64,000 bases of DNA from a virus. Lineage: Duplodnaviria; Heunggongvirae; Uroviricota; Caudoviricetes. Positions within the stretch are counted from its first letter, which is position 1, and every line of letters begins with the position of its first letter. The notes under the pieces were generated by a model, which did not search any database, had not been told where the DNA came from, and saw only the letters and a program-made list of their open reading frames with translations. This document shows positions 1-9,950 of this stretch, in pieces. Made by a program: the position numbers and the translations under genes. The stretch lies in IMG/VR virus record IMGVR_UViG_3300031419_000007. One strand, 5' to 3'.

Positions 1-290
1 CTCCGAAAGACGCCAAAGACGCTATCCAGGGTGTGGACCTCTCAGGTCTGCGAAGAGCAATCCAGAGTCGTGTAAACGGCTCTGCCTCCACCGCCAATGC
101 CGCCCTTTTAGATTCCTTTCGTAACATGGACTCCGTTGTCGCCGAAATGGGCCTGCGTAACATGTCACGGGCGGAGTATTACCGTGAGGCGGCATCTGAA
201 GCAGGTATCCGTGAGGCAAACTGGCAAAGCACCATGCAGGGTAACCTGTACAACTTAACGGGAGCCCGACCGGCTCCGAAGGATAGCTGA
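1..290 (+). CDS. C-terminal fragment of a structural (baseplate/tail region) protein; gene starts upstream of window
   Basis: Open frame enters from the window edge in frame 3 with no upstream stop. Stop TGA at 288-290 overlaps the ATG of the next gene (ATGA coupling). Confidence 0.5.
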   Translation, partial: PKDAKDAIQGVDLSGLRRAIQSRVNGSASTANAALLDSFRNMDSVVAEMGLRNMSRAEYYREAASEAGIREANWQSTMQGNLYNLTGARPAPKDS

Positions 291-796
291 TGGCCCGCGT
301 AGGCAATAGTGAAAACCTAAAGCAGCAAGACCGCTATGATCTGCTGCTCTTGAGCTTCCCCGACGGCTTCCCGAACTCCAAGCTGGAATTCACGCTTGGG
401 GAAAACCCACGGAAGATCACCGGACTGCAGAAAGTCGTCCAGGTGTTCATCAAGTGTTTGATGACCGGGCAAGGGAGTGACCCGATCTACCCGAAGCAAG
501 GCACAGACTTCCGCAATTACGTGTGGTATTCTAACATCACCGAAAGCGCTACGGCGGCCCGGGCGGCAATCACCTCTGCAGTCAAGCAGGCGAGTGACCA
601 AGCGAAGGCCATCCTGAACTCCTACCTGTACTCCGCGGAGTCTCAGCTGGAGAGCGTCGAAGTGCTGGATGCCGTACAGGGCAGCGAAACAACAATCGTC
701 AAGGTCCGCATCCTGACCAAAGCCGGCGTAGGCGCTCCGATCGCCCTGCCGTTTAACAGTACCGGTTTAGTCCTGAATGAGGTAACCAATGGATAA
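290..796 (+). CDS. baseplate wedge protein, gp25/GPW-like
   Basis: 168 aa. Motif ITGLQKVVQVFIKCLMTGQGSDPIYPKQGTDF resembles the I..L..L.T..GER..P.fG core of the GPW/gp25 family. Sits at the head of a plus-strand structural block. Confidence 0.55.
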   Translation: MARVGNSENLKQQDRYDLLLLSFPDGFPNSKLEFTLGENPRKITGLQKVVQVFIKCLMTGQGSDPIYPKQGTDFRNYVWYSNITESATAARAAITSAVKQASDQAKAILNSYLYSAESQLESVEVLDAVQGSETTIVKVRILTKAGVGAPIALPFNSTGLVLNEVTNG

Positions 797-953
797 GAAG
801 CAAGCACGGGCATACTTCGATGCCTTATCGCCCGAAGAGCAAGTGCGTTTCCGGGCGGAGATCGACTCAGCCGTAAAGTCGACCCCAAAGTGGGACCCTA
901 AAGCGGGTCTTGAAGCAGAGAAGCGCGGCCTTTTAGCTGGCAGAGGTAATTAA
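789..953 (+). CDS. small hypothetical protein (54 aa)
   Basis: ATG at 789 overlaps the preceding stop; its TAA overlaps the ATG of the next gene (TAATG). Too short for the ORF track. Supported only by the coupling pattern. Confidence 0.3.
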   Translation: MDKKQARAYFDALSPEEQVRFRAEIDSAVKSTPKWDPKAGLEAEKRGLLAGRGN

Positions 954-2542
954 TGGCTAACGATATCTTTTCCGTAATGAGCTCGCTGGAGTTGTCAGCC
1001 GATGACGTCCAGCAAGCAGAAGTCTTCGCCCAGCAATATCTGGAGTCGAAGTTCCCGACGGTCGACTTCCGTCAGGGTACCGGTGTGCGTGACTTGGTGA
1101 TCCGTCCCAACGCGATGCTGATTGCCCTGGTCCGCAAGTACACCGAAACGTATTTCGACAACGCCACCCTGGCCAACGTCACTGAAAGTACGCCGGCTGA
1201 AGTCGTTGACAATATCCTGTCGAACTTCTTTGTCACCCGTAACAGCGGATCCTTCGCGACGGTTCGTTCACGTCTGTACTTCCTGTTCCAGAATGGGATT
1301 CCAAGCAACGTGAGCCTTCCGACGTCGGCATTCTTCTCGCCGGATAACACCCACATGTTCTTCCCGTCGGCTCCGGTCTTTGCCCAGCCGCTGAAGGACG
1401 GTGACACGCCGATTTCCGGAATGACCTACCTGCAGTATGATTCCTCGGAAGAACTGTGGTATTTCGACGCGGACATGTCCTCACAGACGTCTGATGAAGC
1501 GTTCAACGACTTCAAAGACAACGATCTGCTGTACTTCACGCTGTTCAACCCGTACTTCGTGAAAGGCAAGATCCTGTACCAGGACACGCCAGCCGTTCGC
1601 CAGGAAACTAACCTGGAGATGGTGGACCGTTCGTACAACTCGATCTCAACCCGTAACCTGATCAACGACCCGTCGATCACTTCGCGTTTGTACGACGTGT
1701 TCAACTACCTGCAACGCATCAAGGTGGTGGGCATGGGTGATCCGGACATGTGGCGTGACTACGTGCAGGTTGAAGGCGTCTTTGAGAACCTGCAGACTGA
1801 GAAGCTCGACAAGTTCCGCATCCACATCGGCGGTACCGTGGATATCTACGCTGACACGCCGTTCCGTACGTCTGTCGTGCAGTACACCACGAACGCAGCC
1901 GGTGTGATTGAACTGACCGGTGGGATCTTTGACATTGAACGCTCAACCCTGTCCGGTGGTGTGGATGCCGACCAGATTCCTCTGACGGCGACCGCGGCGA
2001 TCTCCTACCCGAACACCACGGTGTACACCGATCACGTGCCACTCGTGCCGCAGAAAGACTTCGGCCTGTCGGCAAAGCAGATCGTGCACATCGACTTCGG
2101 CCTGGACTACCCGAACCAGACGGCAAGCTTCGTGGTCCGCAAGTTCACCGGCCTGGAAGACATCCAGTCGTTCCTGGAAGATCAGCAATCCCGTGTCGTC
2201 TGTGCAAACCAACTGGTCCGTGCCTTCGAGCCGATCCTGGTGAACGTGGAAGCCAAGGGTTACGAGCAATCGTACTCGGCTACACAGATCTCCGCTGCCC
2301 GCAAAGCGATCGAAGACTACTTCAACCAGACTCCGGTTAATGGTACCATCTACGTCTCAGAGATTTATAAGCTGATTGGCGACGCCGGTTTGACCAGCAT
2401 CAAGGCACCCCTTCCTGTGAGCGTTTACGCCATCGCGAAGGACTTGGTCGGCACCAGTGCGACGATCACAGACGGGTACACCGCAGGCAGCACGCAGCGT
2501 TTCTACCTGGATACCTTTACTGTTACTCCGGAGCCTAAATGA
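953..2542 (+). CDS. baseplate wedge protein (gp6/baseplate-J-like by position)
   Basis: 529 aa ORF directly after the gp25-like gene and translationally coupled. Assignment is by position (W then J order in myovirus baseplate modules); no motif was verified. Confidence 0.45.
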   Translation: MANDIFSVMSSLELSADDVQQAEVFAQQYLESKFPTVDFRQGTGVRDLVIRPNAMLIALVRKYTETYFDNATLANVTESTPAEVVDNILSNFFVTRNSGSFATVRSRLYFLFQNGIPSNVSLPTSAFFSPDNTHMFFPSAPVFAQPLKDGDTPISGMTYLQYDSSEELWYFDADMSSQTSDEAFNDFKDNDLLYFTLFNPYFVKGKILYQDTPAVRQETNLEMVDRSYNSISTRNLINDPSITSRLYDVFNYLQRIKVVGMGDPDMWRDYVQVEGVFENLQTEKLDKFRIHIGGTVDIYADTPFRTSVVQYTTNAAGVIELTGGIFDIERSTLSGGVDADQIPLTATAAISYPNTTVYTDHVPLVPQKDFGLSAKQIVHIDFGLDYPNQTASFVVRKFTGLEDIQSFLEDQQSRVVCANQLVRAFEPILVNVEAKGYEQSYSATQISAARKAIEDYFNQTPVNGTIYVSEIYKLIGDAGLTSIKAPLPVSVYAIAKDLVGTSATITDGYTAGSTQRFYLDTFTVTPEPK

Positions 2543-4710
2543 CCGACTACATCTCATCAGCCGATTTAAACGGCATCGGTGAGCGTGCTGCGGTGAAAGG
2601 ACAGATGGCCTATTACTATGGGCTGTCTGACTTTTGGTTGCAAATCTTTGCCGACCAGGACCTCGTGGATTCACTCCTCGAGGTTTCAACCCAGCAGCTC
2701 GGCGACGTGTACGGCCAGTTCCTGCAACGTGCGGGGAATATCTCCCTGTCCACGATCCAGGAGTCGTACAACTCCCAGCTGAAGCTGTTCCTGTTCTCCC
2801 CAGGCGACGCTGTTGACGGCCTGACGGGCTCGGTCTTCAAGTTGCCAGAGCGTGTGACGAACATCTCGTTCATCATGAACCGCCCGATGCTGCCGTCAAT
2901 CAGTCTGTCGAAAGGCGTGCACTTTGAGATCAACGAAGACTTCACCGAGATCTCCTTCTACAAGCCGCTGGCCGAAATGGGCTTCCCGCAGCGTGTGACC
3001 GAAGCCGGTGTCACCCAGTTTGCCCTGTGGGCATCGAACGTGTGCATCGACGAGAACATCATTTACTCCCAGTTTGGGCGTGCTGTGGGCATGACCCCAG
3101 ACCGGGCGATCGGGAACTATAAGGATTTCGTGAACGGGCTCTACTTCCTGTATTCACACGGTCCCGTGATCAACTACATGCAAGCCGGCGTGAACCTGGC
3201 TCTCGGTATCCCAACCGTTCGTGCCAACGAAAAGGTCATGAGCGTGCTGCAGAACCCGATCAACGGCCACTGGGAAATTCTGACCGCCACCAACTTCTAC
3301 GATATCCCGTACGGATTCCAACCGGACGTGGCTGAAGGCGATGCCTTAGTTGAAGGGACACAGCTGGTGAACTGGGTCGACATCAAGGATTACCAGAAGT
3401 CCGGCGAGTGGTGGTACAACACGTTCATCCCTGCCGAGCTGACCGGTGGTGTGCAGTATCCTCCCGTGCAGCCGAACACCGATATGGCGTACATTATGCG
3501 TCAATACTTGCGTTATAACACGTTCATGGTACTCTTCCAGCAGACCGGCGTGGACATGCAAGGCTATTACACCGTATCGGATGTCATTTGGCGTGCCCGC
3601 CCGAGTCACACTTTCCCTGTGTTTGTCTGGAGAGCGCCGATGGGTGATGAGATTGTGATGATCACCGATGACGACTTCGAGATGAACCAACGTGTTGATA
3701 TTGAGGATAACATCTATGACACAGCTATTATCGACTTCGTCCGCGGAGACAAGAGCACATACTTTGACCGTGGAACCAACTTTTACAACCGCTTCCAAAT
3801 CCCTGTTTACCATCAAGGAATGCTCGGAGATGCTCCAAAGCTGGGAGAATTCCGAGGTCGCAATGCAGATGGCACAGCACTCTCTGGAATTGGTGGCTGG
3901 GTTGATGAAGCGGGAGAAGCCGTCGATTCCGACATTCAGCGTATCGACCCCGTCCTCTCGAGCCGAGGATCTATGGCAGTCGTTCGCGGCCGTTCGACCG
4001 GTCTCCGCGGTAAGAGGGGTAGTGATACCACCGGATCAACTGGGCTTCTTCGCACTTATGTGAATGCTGAAGGGCAGACGTTAGACCTGGACACGCGGAA
4101 CATTGTCCCACTGTACCTCTGTCACAAGGACGAGCTGGTGGCCAAACTGGCTAAAATCAACTTACAGTCCTCGGTTGCTTTGGTTAAGCAAGACGCTCTT
4201 CCGTTCTGGGCCGGCCCGGTTGCTTTACAAGACGTGTACGACGATATTATCGTCCGCAAGTCGGGCACCGTGGCAAAAGATTATGATGCTACGCTTGAGA
4301 AAGTGTTCACGTTCGACTACACCGACGAGTACGTTCCACCGATTCTGTCGAAGCACGCGGGCCAGATGTACGTACCCCGTAAGGAAGACCTGCCGACGAC
4401 CGGTAAGCTCTTCTTCGCGGAGATCTTCCAGGATAACTGGTCGGTCTCACTGGTGATCGAGCAAGTTGACATCCTGCCGACGTACTTCCCGGTGAACGAC
4501 GGGGATCCGATTGAAATGACGCTGTCATTCATTCAGAAAGACGGGACGTCCCCAATCACTCGCGGCACGTACCTCGCTAACGCGGCGTTGACCGACGCTC
4601 GAGCGGTACAGGATGGGCATTATCAGGACGGACGTGGCGGGGCTAACTTGAAGTTTGACCGCAGTGGCAATTTCGGTGGTGACCTCAAGGCCATCATCCG
4701 CAGAGACTAA
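2539..4710 (+). CDS. large baseplate / tail-fibre-like structural protein
   Basis: 723 aa. Overlaps the stop of the previous gene (ATGA). Gly-rich C-terminal region. Placed in the structural block by position only. Confidence 0.45.
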   Translation: MTDYISSADLNGIGERAAVKGQMAYYYGLSDFWLQIFADQDLVDSLLEVSTQQLGDVYGQFLQRAGNISLSTIQESYNSQLKLFLFSPGDAVDGLTGSVFKLPERVTNISFIMNRPMLPSISLSKGVHFEINEDFTEISFYKPLAEMGFPQRVTEAGVTQFALWASNVCIDENIIYSQFGRAVGMTPDRAIGNYKDFVNGLYFLYSHGPVINYMQAGVNLALGIPTVRANEKVMSVLQNPINGHWEILTATNFYDIPYGFQPDVAEGDALVEGTQLVNWVDIKDYQKSGEWWYNTFIPAELTGGVQYPPVQPNTDMAYIMRQYLRYNTFMVLFQQTGVDMQGYYTVSDVIWRARPSHTFPVFVWRAPMGDEIVMITDDDFEMNQRVDIEDNIYDTAIIDFVRGDKSTYFDRGTNFYNRFQIPVYHQGMLGDAPKLGEFRGRNADGTALSGIGGWVDEAGEAVDSDIQRIDPVLSSRGSMAVVRGRSTGLRGKRGSDTTGSTGLLRTYVNAEGQTLDLDTRNIVPLYLCHKDELVAKLAKINLQSSVALVKQDALPFWAGPVALQDVYDDIIVRKSGTVAKDYDATLEKVFTFDYTDEYVPPILSKHAGQMYVPRKEDLPTTGKLFFAEIFQDNWSVSLVIEQVDILPTYFPVNDGDPIEMTLSFIQKDGTSPITRGTYLANAALTDARAVQDGHYQDGRGGANLKFDRSGNFGGDLKAIIRRD

Positions 4711-4719
4711 GGAGAAATC

Positions 4720-5214
4720 ATGAAACTGAATGAAGCCAGCGATGTGCTGGAAGGCTTCCTGATCGTCGATCGGGTATGGTTAGACGGAACGCGTGAACGT
4801 CTGGTTGAGGACAAAAACCTCATCGTCCGTGCAGCGAAGCGTGAGCACTTAAGCTTCCTGTACGATGCCAACGCGAAGGTAAACCGAATTGACTCGTTCA
4901 AGATCGGTAACGGCGGGACCTACGACACGCTTGGCCGCAAGCCAAAACGTCCGGACCCAACACTGAACGACCTGTACAACCCGATCATCACGTACAACCG
5001 TAACCTGAGCATCACCCCGTCTGCCCTGACGGATCCTCAGGATTACATCACGGTTGACTTCGTGCTCGGGCCGGCAGAAGCGAACGGTGAGAACATCTCA
5101 GAAGTGGGCCTGTTCAAGGAATCCGGCGACATGTTCAACATCAAGACGTTCCGTTCGGTGCCGAAGGTTGATTCCTTCTCGCTGCAGTTCTGGTGGAGAA
5201 TCCTGTATGCCTAA
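4720..5214 (+). CDS. hypothetical structural-module protein
   Basis: 164 aa ORF. AGGAGA-type RBS (ctaaggagaaatcATG). Confidence 0.5.
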   Translation: MKLNEASDVLEGFLIVDRVWLDGTRERLVEDKNLIVRAAKREHLSFLYDANAKVNRIDSFKIGNGGTYDTLGRKPKRPDPTLNDLYNPIITYNRNLSITPSALTDPQDYITVDFVLGPAEANGENISEVGLFKESGDMFNIKTFRSVPKVDSFSLQFWWRILYA

Positions 5215-5569
5215 TACGCTCGTTATCACGTCACGGTTCAAAGACGGGAAGTACGAGGTACTGGGTAAGGTGAAGGAGGGGAGCGATGTCTCCCCGGAAA
5301 TCTTCATCTACGAGAAGAAAGATGACGGTTCTCTCGGCGATTACGTCGGGATTACCGCCCTCAAGGAACTCGCCAAGATCCCTCGCTACAATCCTGACAA
5401 GAAGTCGAATTTTGGTAGTCGTTACTGCCGGTACACGGAAGGCCTGGTCAAATTGGATACCGCCCAGGATCAAACGAATGCAGTGAACCACATGAAGGCC
5501 ACCTTCAAGTTGCTCATCGATGCGTTCAAGGCGGGGTCCGCCGAAGAGGTAGAGGAATATGCCCTTTGA
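5207..5569 (+). CDS. hypothetical protein
   Basis: 120 aa. ATG at 5207 overlaps the stop of the upstream gene. Confidence 0.5.
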   Translation: MPNTLVITSRFKDGKYEVLGKVKEGSDVSPEIFIYEKKDDGSLGDYVGITALKELAKIPRYNPDKKSNFGSRYCRYTEGLVKLDTAQDQTNAVNHMKATFKLLIDAFKAGSAEEVEEYAL

Positions 5570-6062
5570 TTGGAAGTCACTCGTCATTCGAGTAGCGCCT
5601 ACGTTAGGAATGGTCCTTCAGGGACCACTTTCCAACATGGCAATCAGCTTTTTAGCTTCAAAGTTTTTCCCGGAACCGCCGGCCGACGTGGATGCAGCCC
5701 TGAGTGATCTTCTCGGGGCTCAGGCTCCCGAAACGGTGGCTCAGCTGATCGCACTCGACGTTGAATTCCGTCAGACGCTTAACCAGTTGAATCTCAAGGA
5801 CGAGTACTTTCAGGACGTTGCAAACGCCCGCGAAAGGGAGATGACACTCCGAGACCGCACACCCGCTACCCTGGCGGCGGCGGTAACCGGCGGTCTCTTT
5901 GCCATCATCTTCATGCTGATCTTCGTGCCAATCCCGGCCGACAGCATGAACATCGTCAACATCATGCTCGGATCATTGAGCACGGCGTGGATGAACGTGA
6001 TCGGGTACTACTTCGGATCCAGCAAGGTTCCTTCAGTGGTGCCCAGCAGATCTAAAAAATAA
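5559..6062 (+). CDS. membrane protein, putative 3TM holin-like
   Basis: 167 aa with a hydrophobic C-terminal half. C-terminal YYFGSSK motif resembles the 3TM holin / GTA-holin family. Last gene of the plus-strand block. Confidence 0.4.
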   Translation: MPFDWKSLVIRVAPTLGMVLQGPLSNMAISFLASKFFPEPPADVDAALSDLLGAQAPETVAQLIALDVEFRQTLNQLNLKDEYFQDVANAREREMTLRDRTPATLAAAVTGGLFAIIFMLIFVPIPADSMNIVNIMLGSLSTAWMNVIGYYFGSSKVPSVVPSRSKK

Positions 6063-6571
6063 GATCCTGGGAGGCGGCGTTCTGCTTCCTTCCAGATTTT
6101 CGAATCGTATAACCCTACCGATCGCCCGTTGGGCCCCAGCAACCAGCACAAATCCACCGGTGAGAACGTCGTCGCCAGAACCGCTTCATAGATTGCCAGC
6201 AGGAATACCGACACCTGGTACATGCTCATCGTGCCTTCTTTGAACTCCCCAGTAAGCTTCGCCGGCGCTATCGACAGCACAACGACATCATCTTCCTGCG
6301 TTACGTAGAAAGGACGGCAGCCATCGAGCTGGACTTCAGCGGTGAGGAGGAACTGGTCGTTGGAAGTGAGGGTTTTGGCGTCAAGGATATCGAGTTTGTC
6401 TTGAATCATGGCTAAAAAATGAGGGTAGGCATCGCCGCGGTCCGGTGTGTCGGACAGCTCAAAGATGATCGGTTGGGAGCCACGCCAATACAGATCAATG
6501 CCGTCGGATGGATACGTGTTGCTTTGGAACAATTTGACGCCCTCCAGGGGCGTCTGATTCATAATATTCAT
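6008..6571 (-). CDS. hypothetical protein
   Basis: 187 aa ORF convergent with the holin-like gene. Ends in TAG, one of very few TAG stops in the window. Confidence 0.5.
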   Translation of the reverse strand: MNIMNQTPLEGVKLFQSNTYPSDGIDLYWRGSQPIIFELSDTPDRGDAYPHFLAMIQDKLDILDAKTLTSNDQFLLTAEVQLDGCRPFYVTQEDDVVVLSIAPAKLTGEFKEGTMSMYQVSVFLLAIYEAVLATTFSPVDLCWLLGPNGRSVGLYDSKIWKEAERRLPGSYFLDLLGTTEGTLLDPK

Positions 6572-7158
6572 TTCAGTCTCGGGAGGATGCGTTCATCCAC
6601 CCAGGCACAAACCCTGTCACGCAAATCTTCCAGCGTCCCGGAGTTAAAGATGACAGCGTCAAACTTCTCGTCGGGTTGCGGTTTCTCGCTAATGTGGGCT
6701 GGCGCCTGAGCGTCAACGTTCGGGTTAAAGACCTTCATCGTCGTGGAATCCCACCCTACTGTAGAAGGGAATTCGCCGACGAGAATGATCTCATTGTCGA
6801 ACCGCATGTCAGGGATCGCGATGACGTCAGCCTCTGATTTCGCTGCAGCTCTGGTAAAGAAGTCGGTCCAGATCTCGGGGTAAAAAACATCCCGGAAGGA
6901 TTCGGTACCGATCTTCTGTTGAATTTCACGAGAGGTCAGGCCACGGGCCGTCGGGATCACACGCTTCTTACCGGCAGAGGTGTTCACGTCCTCGTCCGTC
7001 ATGTCAAAGACGTAGCGGGCCATGTCTTTGATGGGTTTGGCGAACGGGATGATGTCACAGGTGACGCCACGCATGGAGAGATACGCTTTGAGCATCGCAG
7101 CGCTGGTGTCTTTACCGTGTTGGGCTAAGCCGTTAATTCCGACGATTAGTTTGGGCAT
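6568..7158 (-). CDS. deoxynucleoside monophosphate kinase (T4 gp1-like)
   Basis: Start chosen at MPKLIVGINGLAQHGKDT (RBS GAGGA upstream). The P-loop GxxGxGKDT matches the phage dNMP kinase signature. Confidence 0.5.
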   Translation of the reverse strand: MPKLIVGINGLAQHGKDTSAAMLKAYLSMRGVTCDIIPFAKPIKDMARYVFDMTDEDVNTSAGKKRVIPTARGLTSREIQQKIGTESFRDVFYPEIWTDFFTRAAAKSEADVIAIPDMRFDNEIILVGEFPSTVGWDSTTMKVFNPNVDAQAPAHISEKPQPDEKFDAVIFNSGTLEDLRDRVCAWVDERILPRLK

Positions 7159-7231
7159 TTCTGGGTCCTCTTTGGGATGATTATACGGGATAAAAACAGG
7201 AGAGGTCAATCTCCTGTTTCTTCCCAGCATG

Positions 7232-7591
7232 TTAGCCGATCTTGATTTTGAACGGGCTATCTTGTTGAGTTTGTGACGATTTCGGTTCGAGCATATTTTT
7301 CAATTCTTCCTGCTCTTTTTCCGACAAGGGAATACCGGTGGAAGAACGGGCTAACTCATTGCCAACGTCCACCAAGGAGACGCTCGTGTCGAGACCGAAG
7401 CTTTCCACTTCGGACGATACAGAGAGTTCTTCAAGGACTTGATCAATGTCCCGCCGCTTACAGCGTAGACGCAGGTCGCTGGCCAGTTTCGGATGCTTCA
7501 GGATATACTCCTGGATGGCCTCTTCGCCCCATCCTCGTATGCGACTACCTTCGGTAATCGACAACTCCAGTGTTACTTTTGACTTAATCAT
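7232..7591 (-). CDS. hypothetical protein
   Basis: 119 aa ORF; TAA stop. Confidence 0.5.
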   Translation of the reverse strand: MIKSKVTLELSITEGSRIRGWGEEAIQEYILKHPKLASDLRLRCKRRDIDQVLEELSVSSEVESFGLDTSVSLVDVGNELARSSTGIPLSEKEQEELKNMLEPKSSQTQQDSPFKIKIG

Positions 7592-8157
7592 TCAGGATCT
7601 TCCGATAATAGCACGGACGAGATATCAACGTTACTGAATTCTCTGTCGATACCGCCGAGGGTTGAAGAACGGAACGGACTGGAAGACTTCAGCGGACCGG
7701 CATTGCCAGACCGTGATTCATTCCTGTCGCTTGTTGTCTCACCGGGGCGAACATAACCGGGGTAAGACGATGACGAACGTCTGGGTTCAAGAATGTCGCT
7801 ACTACGGGTTTCAGAGGTTTTATCCTGCTGACGCTCTTTGTGCAACTTCATGATGTACGCGTCTTCGGCATCCTTCATTGACTCGCTGATCTGGATGAGC
7901 AGAACGGGAGAGAACGAGTTTTTCACTGCCGACTCTTCCTCTTCGGAAGGCTTGCGGCGAGCAGATGGGAAGAGTGACCAGACCAGCCCAGAGACCAGAG
8001 ATGCTAAGAGGGTGAACTTTGCGATCTTATACATGTCGCGATCGAGCTTGAGATCCTCGAGCACTTTATAAGATGCCAATCCGACGATAGGTGCTGTCCC
8101 GATCGCCGCTAAACAACCATTTTGGAAGCGGTTGTGTAATGCCTGCTTGTTAAACAT
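7588..8157 (-). CDS. hypothetical membrane-associated protein
   Basis: 189 aa with a hydrophobic segment. Promoter-like motif ttacttatacc at 8181-8191 just upstream. Confidence 0.5.
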   Translation of the reverse strand: MFNKQALHNRFQNGCLAAIGTAPIVGLASYKVLEDLKLDRDMYKIAKFTLLASLVSGLVWSLFPSARRKPSEEEESAVKNSFSPVLLIQISESMKDAEDAYIMKLHKERQQDKTSETRSSDILEPRRSSSSYPGYVRPGETTSDRNESRSGNAGPLKSSSPFRSSTLGGIDREFSNVDISSVLLSEDPE

Positions 8158-8180
8158 AAGTGCCCCTTTATCTCTACTCT

Positions 8181-8191
8181 TTACTTATACC
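8181..8191 (-). promoter_or_regulatory. phage promoter-like motif GGTATAAGTAA (T4-late-like TATAAATA variant)
   Basis: Plus-strand ttacttatacc 24 nt upstream of the ATG of the 7588-8157 gene. One of ~20 copies. Confidence 0.45.
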
Positions 8192-8220
8192 AGTAAATTG
8201 CCCGTCCCTGGGCTGGTTGA

Positions 8221-9423
8221 TCACAGTGAGAGATCGCCGAGTTCGGACAATCCATCCATCTTGAGGTCCGCCGTCAGGTAACTGGAAATCTCCGTTTCCT
8301 GCGGGGCCACTTGCACATTTTCCGAGTTGGTGTAGGTCATCATCCACGGCATCGGGTTCTTCTTACGGCCGTACAGCGGAGGAAGCCCCAGCTGGTCCAG
8401 CAGGACGTCCGCCAAGTACTCAATGTACGCAGAGATCGTCTCCAGGTTGATCCCTGGCATGCTGCCGTCTTTGAACAGATAGCGAGCCCAGCGGATTTCC
8501 TGCTCGACGACCGACTTCACCAGTGGCGTGATGCGAGCGCTTTGAACACGAGCAATCTTGGCCCACTCCTGGCCTTCAGCACCGCTGGCGAGCTTGTTCA
8601 GCATCCACGTGGTAGACGTCTTGTGCAGCGACTCATCACGGCAGATGAACTTGATCACCTTGGCGTTACCTTCCATCAGCTCACGCTCATTGAACGAGAA
8701 CGAGCAGGCGAAGGATACGTAGAAACGCAGGGCTTCCAGCGTATTGATGTCGGCCAGCATGTAGTACGCGTCGTTCATCAACTGTGGCATGTTGATGTCG
8801 AACGTCTGCAGATGTTTATGCTGAGGGCGTGCCGCCATCGGGTTAGCCAGAATCTCACGCATTGCGTTCGGGTCAGCCTGGTTCACGATAAAGCGACCTT
8901 CACCGAACAGAGACCACATGTCCACGTTACGGATGAAACGGTCGTAATTATCAGTCAGGTTTAGCGTACGCTCAGCGATCTCAGGGTTGATCACGATGTC
9001 ATCGAAGATCACGCCCGGGTCCACGTACAGGTTGCGGATGATGTGCGTGTATGAACGGGAGTGGATCGTCTCAGAGAATGCCCACGTCTGGAACCAGTTC
9101 TCGAGCTCCGGCAGGGTGATGACCTTGCTGAATGCTGCTTCGAGACCCCGCGACTGGATGGAATCCAGCAGTGTTTGGTATTTCAGGTTACCGGTGAACA
9201 GGTGTTTCTCGTGAGCCGACAGCTTTTCGTTGAAATCGATGCGGTCTTTCGACAGGTCGATCTCTTCCGGACGCCAGAAGAAGCCCAGTTGTTTCTGCGT
9301 GAAGCTTTCATCAATGTGCTCGTACTTCAGGCGGTCAAAGCGGGCAACGTTCAGGCCTTCACCGAAGAACATCGGCTGCAGGGTGTTATCAACCTGGTTG
9401 GGGTTGAAGGTAGAATAACTCAT
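8221..9423 (-). CDS. nrdB: ribonucleotide reductase class Ia beta subunit
   Basis: Start at MSYSTFNPNQ (AGGAGG RBS at 9435-9440). Near-colinear with E. coli NrdB: FWRPEE, NLKYQTLLDSIQ, WAFSETIHSRSYTHII, and a C-terminal tail. Confidence 0.9.
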   Translation of the reverse strand: MSYSTFNPNQVDNTLQPMFFGEGLNVARFDRLKYEHIDESFTQKQLGFFWRPEEIDLSKDRIDFNEKLSAHEKHLFTGNLKYQTLLDSIQSRGLEAAFSKVITLPELENWFQTWAFSETIHSRSYTHIIRNLYVDPGVIFDDIVINPEIAERTLNLTDNYDRFIRNVDMWSLFGEGRFIVNQADPNAMREILANPMAARPQHKHLQTFDINMPQLMNDAYYMLADINTLEALRFYVSFACSFSFNERELMEGNAKVIKFICRDESLHKTSTTWMLNKLASGAEGQEWAKIARVQSARITPLVKSVVEQEIRWARYLFKDGSMPGINLETISAYIEYLADVLLDQLGLPPLYGRKKNPMPWMMTYTNSENVQVAPQETEISSYLTADLKMDGLSELGDLSL

Positions 9424-9947
9424 GCTAAGTCTGCCTCCTTCACAAAGACGCCATCGATCATGCGGCCAGTACGGTCTTTGATCTCGTTCCACACTAACTC
9501 AAGGCACTCTTCCAGAGTTGAACCTAAGTCTTCCGCGGCACGGCGAAGAAGGTAAGCAATTTCACCCGCCGTGAACTCAATGTCAGAGTTCAGGCCGCCT
9601 TTGTCGACCAATACCACTAAGTGGCCGATCTCCGCATAAATCGACAGACGCACGGTTGAACACAGGGTGTCGCTGCCGGTGTAAGTCAATGCTTTCGCCA
9701 ACGGAACGCTTAAACCTTTCTGAGCGGCCAGGATCGTAGTCACCACAAAGGTATCGCCGATCGCGTCTTTCGCCATGAGTAAGTACTTGTCGCCTTCACG
9801 GGAGTTCATGCGTGCTGCGGCTCCAGCGTGTTCACCGTTCTCTTCAAACAGCTTATCGAACTGGGCGGTCGGCGTAGCGCCTTCAATCAAGTTACGGTCG
9901 GCAGCCCAACCGAGGATCAATTCAGAGTATTCGTTCAGGGTTTTCAT
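9420..9947 (-). CDS. MazG-like nucleotide pyrophosphohydrolase (putative)
   Basis: 175 aa. EE..E ... DxxGD..V pattern typical of MazG-type all-alpha NTP pyrophosphatases. Lies between nrdA and nrdB. Confidence 0.4.
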   Translation of the reverse strand: MKTLNEYSELILGWAADRNLIEGATPTAQFDKLFEENGEHAGAAARMNSREGDKYLLMAKDAIGDTFVVTTILAAQKGLSVPLAKALTYTGSDTLCSTVRLSIYAEIGHLVVLVDKGGLNSDIEFTAGEIAYLLRRAAEDLGSTLEECLELVWNEIKDRTGRMIDGVFVKEADLA

Positions 9948-9950
9948 CGA

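Noticed and set aside
5231-5587. Minus-strand ORF antisense to the plus-strand structural genes (also 317-601, 1072-1407, 1719-2126, 3346-3816, 4307-4532)
   Set aside because: These are fully embedded antisense within longer, better-supported plus-strand genes. They have no RBS and are GC-skew artefacts.
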